Origin: Balanoglossus misakiensis | Taxonomy: Eukaryota > Animalia > Hemichordata | Assembly: GCA_040954595.2 (NCBI GenBank) | Contig: CM082597.2 | Coordinates: forward strand, 4,469,244-4,533,243 | Length of the DNA: 64,000 nucleotides | Direction: 5' to 3' | In this document: piece after piece, positions 24,829 to 35,500 of the stretch | Position numbering within the stretch: position 1 is the first letter of the stretch | Layout: each line of letters opens with the position of its first letter | Position numbers and translations under genes: made by a program | The notes under the pieces: generated by a model | What the model saw: only the letters and a program-made list of their open reading frames with translations | Told to the model about the DNA's origin: nothing | The model's database searches: none

Positions 24829-26879
24829 CCATTCTACTGTTACCATGGTGACAGACAGTGCCAACCAAACCCTGTCTCATCGCATCCACCCCAACTGAAG
24901 CGCTGAAAGGATTATTCAGCATTTCGTATACAATTTGGCAAAGACCGCTTTCTTTGCGACTAAATTACCCAGCATTCCACGGGAGGGAAGCGAGACAGCG
25001 ATATCTTTGTTCTTGCGAGCGTGATGCACGCCGACATAAAACATGGTGTAACTTCATCAGTATTCAACTCTTGTAGTCTCTACACTCACAAAAACTACCC
25101 TCTGATGGGTATTTTCGCCAAATGTCACTTAATTTTTAATCATTCATAAATCGGGAAATGAGACACCCAGCCCATCAAATTTACAATCTAATAAATCTTT
25201 GCATTCTTCTACTATTTGGGAATATGAATATACCGAGAGAAAAAAATGAGATTTATCATTTCCATTCTCAAAAATTTCTCTGCAGTTACTGATATCACAG
25301 AATTTCATTGGCATTTTTCTCTTCAAATGATGGAAAAACAAACATGACTGAGTTCCCTTTAGCATAAACTGCTAAAGTTTATTCCCTGATTTATTAAAAT
25401 ATTTTTGGCAATGTTTGTTATTTCTTGGAAAACTTTATTTATAAACTTAAACAAAACAAAAACAAAACAGTTTTCTCTTTTCTCATAGACGGATATGAAA
25501 CAAGTGTTCATATTAATATTTGATTTGTAACTGGATCTCATATTTTTTTAAACTGTTATCAGATTAAATTTCAGTTTAATATCAATGTTCAACCATATTA
25601 ATTCTAAATTTTTAATATCCCACTTCCTGCGCAGAGACACACCACTGTTCCTCTGCATAGCACTGTCTGGCTGGCCCCCATCAACTGTCATTTGACCTGC
25701 AAAGGACACCGACCCCTTCGCGGCCGTGCTGTCCACCCCCACGCAGACAATGGTACCAACTGTCTGGCTTGCAGACAGTCAACAATGGCCGACCAGGTTG
25801 CCCTTCAAACAATGGAGATTAGCTCCCCTGTAGGGCAGGCCTGCTGCGAATCACTTCAGAGCCAATACTTCAGAATAAAAAAATCTACCATTCTGCTTGT
25901 ATACAAAGCTTTGCATACAATCCAGCCTAACCCCAAAAGCACCCACAATACATGTCGTCCGTCCGGCTCAATACGGACCACGGGATGTAAAAAAAAAATC
26001 CATGTCAAAGTTCAAAGGTGAATAACAACTGACATGCTCTGAATACGTAAAATGCCTATAATGCTAAACCAGTGTTTACAAGTCTAATAAACTTCAGAGG
26101 CGGTCCCATTGTAAATACCACTATTTCATTTCATTGCATGGAACTCAGGATTATGTATTCATGTTCTGTGACTGTAAATATTAACCAAAGTAAATATAAC
26201 TTTTCTCCTGGCACCTGTATTAAAGTTTACATTAATATTCCTAACTAACCTATTTCTAATCTAAGTTTATTAATTTGACAAACCTGATCTTGACAACTGT
26301 AAGGTTTGAACTATTTGCTAGCTCTGTACCAAGTAAAATAGTAATAAGACTAAAGCTTAATCTAAAAGACAAAAAACATATTAAATTTTGTGCTCTTATA
26401 TGCCTGGTGTGTATAAGGCTATGAATGCCTTAACACAAATTGTACATAAAAATATGTACTTTACTGTAAATATAGGAGATGTGAATAATTATATGAAAAA
26501 TAAAATACATGTATATACTGTAAAGTGTAAAATATTTAGAATAAGCTGCTCGCTTTTTAGCGAATGTTGATTTCCATTAACAAATGGATTTTAAAATAAA
26601 GAAAAAAGTTTAAATTAGCAGATTATTAATGAGGAAATTAATTTACCAATACTAACATAGGATTAATTGTGTAACCTTTGGCTCCGGAAGTTCCAGTTTC
26701 CTATAAAAAAAGTTCCGGGATTTTTTCCCCTGAGCTAAGAATAACATGGGAAGTTGCTAAAGTTAAAACTATAACTTCCTATCTTAAAATAAAATTTGGG
26801 TCAAAGCAATGCGATGGATTGGTCTGGTCTTGGCAAGGTTCATTGTATTGGAAGGGCCTATGTCCATGTGTTGGCAATG

Positions 26880-27212
26880 ATGCTAGAATCTCTATGTAAA
26901 TTGATGCCTTATAATGCTACAATGTACATAATTGCAAACAATGTGGTTGTTACTTTGTGTTACAATGTACATAATTGCAAACAATGTGGTTGTTACTTTG
27001 TGTTACAATGTACATAATTGCAACAATATGGTTGTTACTTTGTATTACAATATACATCACAGCAAACAATACTTTGTTACTTTTTATCACATTTCAAGCT
27101 ACTTTTGATTTACTGATTGGCAGGGTCTCCCTGAACAGCAGGAATAATGTTGATGGTTTGTTTATAAACAGAAAAGTCGCTCATGAGCAGTTCGGATGAC
27201 TCTCCCCTTTAA
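26880..27212 (+). mobile_element. Truncated TTAA-ended (Kolobok-like) repeat with internal 43-bp tandem units, copy A
   Basis: About 4 units of ACAATGTACATAATTGCAAACAATGTGGTTGTTACTTTGTGTT, then TTGGCAGGGTCTCCCTGAACAG...CTCCCCT|TTAA. Homologous to 31367-31722 and 53800-54024, which are in the opposite orientation. Confidence 0.7.
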
Positions 27213-28663
27213 AAACAAGTAAGATGTAGCTCTTACATAGGCAGACCACAACAAACAAACAAAAACAACACGATTTCCTGTTTGCTTTTTGATTGAGACG
27301 AGGTAAAATTGGTAGAATTCCTTTCTGGGAAACAGAAAGGAATAATAACAGTAAGGTTGTGGAATGTTCATTGATGGGTTCCCTCCATCAGTAACGGCCT
27401 TTCGAGAGCGTAGGTCAGATCTCGGCAACACCGAAGAATTTTGCGGTCAGCAGGAACGCGTCCACTATTCTGGCGGGAAAACGAATGTGGTGGAACTTGC
27501 CAACTTGGCCGGCATTCAACTATGTTGCCATGGCTACTGGAAACCAAAAACCCGACCCAGGGGGGTGGTTTTTGAAAAATTCCATAACTTAACAGGAATG
27601 CACTCTGATCGCTGTGGGCTGCATTTTGTCTTATTTATAGTCTTGGTATGGCTCGGAGCTCCTATTGTAATATCCATTTTGCTTCCTGCGGTTCAGCCAA
27701 TCAGAGACGTCTACGTCACTAACTTTGCAAGACAGAGGAAGTAATGTGAACCCTTAAAATTCATCGCTCCCTGCTTTAACCCTATCATGCAGGTTCACGA
27801 AGTCCTACTTTTTAGCACAGTCACAACTGTCACAATTTGATCTTTCTAAAGTTGCTTTCAATTAAAAATGAATTGAATTTTGTCTGTTAACTTCTAGATA
27901 TAAACCAACAAAAGAATTAACAAGAGGGTAAGCAGAAAACACTGCAGGTATCTCTATGGAATGTTCTGTGTACTCGAAAACCACTGCCTACCACAATCTG
28001 GTCATGGTTTTTTTCTCTTTCATCGTCTTTCAAGCGGAGAAAACCACATCCTTCTCGGATTCCGGGAAGGTTTTTGGCCGCTGTCTGGGGGTGTGGTGTG
28101 GTACGGGGGTTATATTTAGCCGGTGTTTACACAAGAGAAAGTTGAAGCGCTTTCAGATGAAAGGGTTCAACGTTCTCTCGATGGAAAGCTTTCTTCTGCC
28201 GCACCTCAGGTGATCAGACGTGGGCGATGGGGGGCGAGTGGGCACAGTGCATGCTCTGGGGAGGGGGAGAAGGTCCCGCTGACCGGATGGGCGTAAAAAA
28301 AGCAGCGATGCGTCAAAAGAAGTGCAAAGTACGTGAATAAATAGAATGAAGGAATGAGAAAGCATAAGAAGAAAGATGACAAGTACATACCTGTCTGCAT
28401 CCATTCTTCAAACTTTTGTCTGCGAAGAATTTATGTTCGTGATACTTTCACTTTCAAACAGTAATTTGTTAATAATATTAAAAATACGGCCCAAAAATGT
28501 TCCTATCATTGCAAAACGCATTATCATTTTCTTTATCTATCTATCAATCCATCTTTATATTTCACACATTTTGAAATGTTTTGCCTGGCATTTCTTGATA
28601 TGAAGTACGCTGTACTTGACTGATGCAAATTTTGTCAGCCAGCTGTTAGATGCCATGACGACA

Positions 28664-28722
28664 TAGACCCATAGATGCGAGCTTGCGAGCTGAACCCAAA
28701 CACAAGTTCGGATCTACGGGTT
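28664..28722 (-). ncRNA. mir-100: pre-miR-100; mature 5p 28722-28701
   Basis: Exact AACCCGUAGAUCCGAACUUGUG. Loop UUUGGGUUCAGCUCG. 3p arm CAAGCUCGCAUCUAUGGGUCUA. Lower stem UGCCA...UGGCA. Confidence 0.99.
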
Positions 28723-28765
28723 TAAGCAATCTGGCAGATGCCACTCTGCACTCAGTGTCACTTAC

Positions 28766-29042
28766 CTCCTTTTCTCTTAATCCACTAACTGCGCCCGGTT
28801 CTTGTCAATTTTTTCAATTTCTACATTTGTCCGAGAACTTCCAAAAAAATTAATACTTCTTTTTTAAAAAGATACATCCTGGTCAGTTGCTGACCTGATT
28901 ACTGAATTTTTTTTTTTTTTTTTCATCATAGCCAATCAGATTCGATCATCAAAGTTGTGCCACTTCATTTGGTATTCGCTCATTACTAATGCAGCCAATC
29001 ACAGTACGCTACCAGATAACAAGCCCAAGTTCTCGGAAATGC
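28766..29042 (-). ncRNA. Candidate host-gene exon immediately upstream of miR-100
   Basis: Consensus donor GAG|GTAAGT at 28765. Either an internal exon (acceptor AATTTTCAG at 29043) or a first exon (Inr-like TTCAGT at ~28904 with CCAAT boxes at ~28932 and ~28994). Confidence 0.5.
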
Positions 29043-31005
29043 CTGAAAATTCATCACGTCCAATGCTGCTAATTGTGTTTGGGTCTTCTGTATGATCTTT
29101 CAACTCTACTCTTTGTTCTCTTTGACCTATAACATAAACAAACAGATAAACAGACATGAGGATGGTTGTCACATACAAGAAGTGTCAAAACTACACGATT
29201 TATATGCTTGTGACTTACGATTACTATTTTAAAAGGGTATATGTAAAAATTATGATCATTGGTATTTTATAAAATGGTCTCTTATTTACGATGGTACAAG
29301 AAATTTATTTATTTTACACCACCTTTTAAGGAGTAAATTACATTATTCTTTAGACTTTTAATGGGATTTTACCAAAGTTCTGCAAAAAGGAAATGTTTCT
29401 GTTTAATGCAGATGTACAAACACACTGGAAGATATACACAGATGTTGGGAGTTATTGAAAAAGGCAACATTCGGTATTGGAAACACGTATGCACAGGAAA
29501 TCAAATGTCTGGTGAAATCCTATTTTGTTTTCTAGTGGCACATGGCTCACACAGCCTACGGCCAAAACCCGCATCAAGCTTTGCAGCTAATTGTGTGACC
29601 TGTTATCTCCATTTGACGATGATTAATGCAGATGCGACCACTGGCCTATCAGAGCCTGACTACAAAACAGGTTTATAAAAGCTGTGTTTGAGACAAGCAA
29701 TGTGATTGGCCGTCGTGGTGTGTGCGACAATATTCTGATTTCTGGCCATAAATTAGATATTCTCCCCTCCCCCTCTTCCAAATTTTATATTTTGATATAA
29801 AAATATTCTGTCATTCCATTTTGTTGTCATCTTTGGACTACCAAGCAACCTTGCCCTCAACTTCCGACTGTCAATCAAATTTACATATTCCCATATATAG
29901 TTAAAGGGGTGTATGCAATTGTAATTTTTCCAGCCCCCTGTCTCGAAAGTCTATGATTTTCCTGGTCTAGTCTGGCATCTGCATCTAGGTTTATGCCAGA
30001 GACACTGCTAATAAATATGCGTATATAGGATGATTATATCGGTCTGACTGCAGATTTAGAAGACTTGGCCCGACCAAGCAAATGTTCAAATGACATTCTG
30101 TGGTTGTAAAATTTTATTGGGTCACTACAGACTGCAGTCCCCCAAAGCAATGAGAGTTGTTGATTTTAGTGTGCTTATAGGTAGCCAGACAGGGGCCGGT
30201 GGATTTACGACCATCCAATTATTGACCTATTTACATTTTGTCTGCCTGTAATTAAGAGTTATGGCTGAGAAACTATCTGTCACGGAAACTGCTGTTTGTA
30301 GGCGATCATCAACTCTCACGTAGCAGAGAAATTTCTTCAATCACGGCGCACTTTTCTGTAGCAATACTAAGGTGAAGGACTAATCAGAGATTTTTTTTCA
30401 AAAATAGTGATTTTCCACTTTTTTACTTATTTATAACAATGTAAATGAACTATACATTACATGAGTAACGAGATGATCTTAAAAATGTTTCAATAATTTG
30501 CATGAAATGGAAATGAACTGTAAACAAGCTATTCCTGTCCTAGATTTTTTGGGAGAAACACGGTGACCTCAAAGCTGGTGTTTTACACACAGATTAAATG
30601 GCTTCTGGGTTAAATGAGGTTAATTAGTCTGGGCCCTCCCATTAAAATAGGTCTACCTGACACCATGGAAAGTAAACTATGAGGTTCCGATAATCTACCC
30701 TACCTGTGGTAGAGTGACCCATATCGCCTAACTGAAATTGGCAAGGAATACCCCCAAAATTTCTAAAATGATTTATTATACATGTATTGTAACAATGCTT
30801 CCCCCGAAAGCCACTGAGTCACAGTCACGTACAGAACGTAATCTTGAAACCCTCATGGTCTGGACAGCCTCGGGCTAGATATACATGGACCAACAATCAG
30901 AAACCTTAAATGTCCACTTGTGCGGGTGGGTTTACATGCACTTTAAAAAGAGGCCGACTTGAGATTTCCATCAGCGACCCAGTTACACAGATGCATACAT
31001 GACAC

Positions 31006-31027
31006 GGGTCAAGAGGTCAAGAGGTCG
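31006..31027 (+). promoter_or_regulatory. Tandem DR2/DR2 nuclear-receptor element
   Basis: GGGTCA-AG-AGGTCA-AG-AGGTCG, 2.3 kb upstream of miR-100. Confidence 0.5.
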
Positions 31028-31366
31028 GCGTCACTGGTCACAGTACACGGCAATCACCCTGCCTGTCAAAACCGAACACGTGTTTGCCCCACAAACACCC
31101 GGCTACGTGACAAAGATCTGCATTCCGTCGGTTTTCCGTTTGACAAGTGTGCCGGCAAATCTCTCCCTTCCCTATCCCGTATCCACATCACAGCTTCCCT
31201 CAAGTCAAACTCCCCTGGAAACAAATTTCCCTGCACAGCATAACTGACCAGCAATGGTACCGAGAACAAACGGTTTATTAACCAACAGGTAATGCTGAAC
31301 CACATCACCAGTGAACCATAGACCAGTAGTGCTGGGAAAGACAGCTCACTAGCATTAAATTTCAAG

Positions 31367-31722
31367 TTGAAGGGGAGGGTCGTCTGAGCTACACATATGT
31401 GACTTTTTTCTTTATAAACACACCATCAGCATTGTTTTCACTGTTCAGGGAGACCCTGCCAACCAATACATGTTATATCAAATTAAAAAGTAACAATGCA
31501 ATTGTTTCCCATGATGTACAGTGTAATACAAAGTAACAACCACTTTGCTTGCGATGATGTACATTGTAGCAGTTATGATGTACATTTTAGCAGTTACACT
31601 ACAGTGTACTACAAAGTAACAATTACATTGTTCACAGTGATATACATTGTAGTACAAAGTAACAACCATTGTTTTCAATTGTGCACATTGTAGCAGTTTA
31701 ACTTTGCAAGGGCTTGCTAGCA
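31367..31722 (-). mobile_element. TTAA-ended repeat family, copy B (inverted relative to copy A)
   Basis: CTGTTCAGGGAGACCCTGCCAA (31441-31462) is the exact reverse complement of 27117-27138, followed by CAAAGTAACAACC units. Confidence 0.7.
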
Positions 31723-31780
31723 ACTGTGTCCTGCAGCCGCAGACAGAACGACACCTACCCTTTAGTAGAGATCAGAGACT

Positions 31781-31937
31781 AGGCCAATATCTGACAAACC
31801 ACTGACACAGTGCCCCCTTTTGGCCAATAACACATCACCACTGATGCAGTGTCACATTTTGGCCAATAGATACCACTGATGCAGTGCTGCCTTTTGGCCA
31901 ATCTGACACACCAATGATGCAGTGTCCCTTTGGCAAT
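31781..31937. repeat. Degenerate ~35-38-bp tandem repeat, ~4 copies
   Basis: CCACTGATGCAGTG...TTTTGGCCAAT units. Confidence 0.8.
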
Positions 31938-32552
31938 CACTATGGTTAGGAATTTTGCTGTAATAATATCTGGCTCTAGGTATAGCCTTGGTATCAACTC
32001 ATTTTAATTCCACAGGAATTTTTATTCTCCATCGAATTAAATTACACATTTTATGAAAACTGTAAAGTGATTATGCCATTAATAACTGACCAGAAGAAAT
32101 ACTGACCTACAAACATAAATTTAGTCTTTGGTGCATGTACACGTGGCAGAAGGAACTGTGGTGATTTTTTCTACATGACTGACTGCAATGTGTGGGTGTA
32201 TTGCCTTATCAATACAGCCATGTTTCCATATCCTCTACACATTGCCATGTTTCTTTTTTATTAATTTACCATACCACCCACACTTTGGTTCGACCCAAAT
32301 GCTTTCACTAAAGTGGGGGACCGGGAGGATTAAAATGTTAAGTCATAGTAAAGTAAGTCAACTCTGGCCCAGAAAACCACTTAGAAATCTGTCATGGTAA
32401 ATGTAAAATAACAACAAATGTGAAAGGATGAATTTGACAAGAAACAACCAGTTTATAGTCCATAGTTTACATTTAGCAAACAGAGTAGCAGACAGCTGTC
32501 ACAATATACAACAAGGGAGATCTCAGGCCACTGACCTGGTCAACCTTGTACT

Positions 32553-32575
32553 TCACCTGATATGACCTCTGACCT
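32553..32575 (-). promoter_or_regulatory. Composite DR1+DR4 nuclear-receptor element
   Basis: Minus strand reads AGGTCA-G-AGGTCA-TATC-AGGTGA. An additional TGACCTGGTCA lies at 32532. Confidence 0.5.
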
Positions 32576-35500
32576 TCCCAGTGCTAATGACAATAACTTT
32601 TCCAGACCACAAGTCAACGGAATGCACCTGCCATCTTATTGATACAATTGTAAACTTTTATCATTCAAATATAATCTATGAAAAACTGCAACACTTTGAA
32701 ATAGTTGTGGGAACTTTAGTGGCCAGAAGTCTCTGTATTTATCTGGTTGTCTGAAATTTCATATTGGGGAGACTTCATTGCTAAACTGTTCACTAAACTA
32801 AATCCTGGCAAAGCAGTTACTGGTTAATATGAAAAAAGTAATGTTGACATGGCTGAAATGAATGTTTTCCATCCGTTCAGACTTCACAGGGGAAAGGAAA
32901 AAATTTGCAAAAGTGGGTCGTGAAATCAATCTCGGAATTTGAAGTATCTGTGACAGGCATTACATAGTGTTTCAAACTGAACCTACTGGCCTACTGTTGT
33001 ACAGAGAGGGGTCTGTTGTAAGCTAAAAATAACACCCAATCCGACGGCCAGAGAGTCTAGCCCCTGCATGTGGCTGATATAGGACTCTGTAACACATGGG
33101 TTTCGGAGACAGCAGGCCAGACAAAACGTACGTGAGGTCACGGAGTGATCGATGACTATAAATCTGGTGGTGAACCCTTTGTGTGGAGGAGGGTTCATGA
33201 GTTTTAACTATCAAGCGTGTTTCTTCGTTTTATCTCAGATCCCTGGTGTCTGGACAAGTGGAGCCCACGAGGCGGTTGGTTGGTTGGTTGCCACGGCGAG
33301 AACTTGCGCTTTCGTACGTGGGACGCCCACGCGACGACTGGACGTTGATCGCGCCATAGGACTCTTAAGGTGGCTGGCACTGTGCTTACAATATACCTTT
33401 AAGGAGTACCTCTAGCCGCCTGTGATGTCAGACTTGACCAAACAGACGAGGTGCAACCGGAGCGGCTGTTATGAAGCTCGGCACGTAAACGATGTTTGCG
33501 TACGGTTGCGTAGAACCGGGCATTTGTAGTCTGCGCATGCATGGTCTCCATCAAGCGCGCTGGCATTTTGCTTAGAATCTGACATATTACTCAAGCTATA
33601 TATCCACGCGGCTTAAACAAACGCGCACAAAGAGGTGAGGTGAATAACACAGTGGGTAGCTACCTTAAAAATTATTCAAAACATTATCGCGCAATCGTCA
33701 ACGTGAAATCACACACACGACGCCCGGAAATCGCACCGGAACCTCAAATTACAACTGTCATCAAAAAATCACCTAATTTGCTTCAAATGGGATTCTCGCC
33801 AATAACTCGGAACTTGACAGAAAAAGAAACGTATCTTATACTTAAGACCTCTGGAAGGATAATGGAAGTCACGATATCCCGTCACGACACCAAAAATCGC
33901 GACTCGCCCGTCCTCCAATCAGGTACAATAGACTTCGAAATCTACTCGTGCCGTCGAACAGACTACACGGCAAAATGAAATAACGCGTTCAATTACCTTT
34001 GCTGAAACAACTAATCCAAACACCGCAGAAGTTAAAAATCTATGTGAACCCGGTAGCACGCGGAGGGACGCTGGGCGACGAAAGCTGCAAAGGTTACTCG
34101 CAGACAGTCGACATGCCCCATGGAATGAAAATGAGATCACGTGAACAGATCCCAACCCACCAATGAGAAGCCGGCAATTGTTCGTAACTGTTGACAAATG
34201 ATCAATTTATGAATCACACCATAGAGCCTTCATTATTCTGTTTCTAACTTTAAAATCAATGTCGAATTTTTGTAAAGCATAACTATAATTCAAAGTATAA
34301 GAGGCGAGAATACTAACGTCGGCGCGAGACGTTTGACTGCGTCAAAAGACGAACCAAGAACAATCTGTTTCTCACTACCACTAAGAAAGAGGCCTCACTA
34401 AGTGATAGGGTAAAGCCTCCTGCCCTTCTGAGTCAAAATTTACACACTGCCTGCGAGCAATGAGAGACCAGACAGACATTAAACTGACCCGCTGACCCCA
34501 GCGACCTAGCCCCCATCAATGAATTGAAACCATGGTTATTTATGGATTCCACGGTGGCAAGAAATCCCCTCCCAGACTGACGTCCCGCGCGGCAGGCAGG
34601 CATCGCCGGCCATTTCTGGGGCAAACAACAAGATGGCGGCCGCGTATTGACTGGCCGCGATGAATCCAGAACATGATGATCGAGTCCTGAATTTATCAAA
34701 GCGCAGACAGGGGTACAGTGACCCGGATTTCACAGAGGAAGATCAGACGGTGTCAAGCTGAAGGTCTGCCTGATAAGGAATTGAAATAAGACAGGCAGGC
34801 AGCTAGGAGTTTTACTCTTCTGTCTGTTTGGCAGCACATGTAGGCATAGCACGTGGCGTACAACATAATCACCTGATTGTCCGCGATGGGTGCGGCGCAC
34901 TATCGGAACCAAATCGAACGTCTGAAGTCAAAATGTTTTTCAAATGTGTGCACAGAAAAATCACACTGGGTATGTCAAAATAGGAAGCTTAGTTATAAGT
35001 GCACCGACTCACTGCTATGGTGAGGTTCAAAGAATAGAACGATGGAGAAAATTTCATGCAAGTCAAAATTTGTGTCTGAAGCGATCCCTGCACCGAAACC
35101 GCGGCGACACCAATATGACCGATGGTACAGGAGGTCCGTCTAGATCAATGAAATTGGAGGATGCGGTGTCTATCCCCCCTCACGACAGTGTCCAAATATA
35201 CCAGAAGGCAGCCACCCACCCACTCAGTCGAATGCAATGGCGGGAAGCCACCTCAACCACAAACGTCACAAAACCCACCCACAACCACAAACGTTTCAAT
35301 AAAACCAATGTACAAAACAGTCGTATTTAAAGAAATAAAACTCCACTGCCTTGGAAACCCGCACGATTGACAAGGCTGGCCGAAATTAGGAAACAGGGCA
35401 GAGAAAAAGACTACAATCAGAAATAAGCACATGGCACTAAATCATATGGTGACGTCATTCTACACACACCTATAGCATATTGGTAGGTAACTCATGTACA

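Larger units (their letters stand above)
11020..29042 (-). ncRNA. Putative spliced host lncRNA/pri-miRNA of the miR-100/let-7/miR-125 cluster (MIR100HG/let-7-C-like); the 5' end may extend to ~45-50 kb
   Basis: Three co-oriented hairpins. Candidate exons: 28766-(28904 or 29042), 12673-12946, 11952-11997 and 11854 to ~11020, with canonical GT/AG sites and a polyA signal. No long ORF. Confidence 0.6.
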
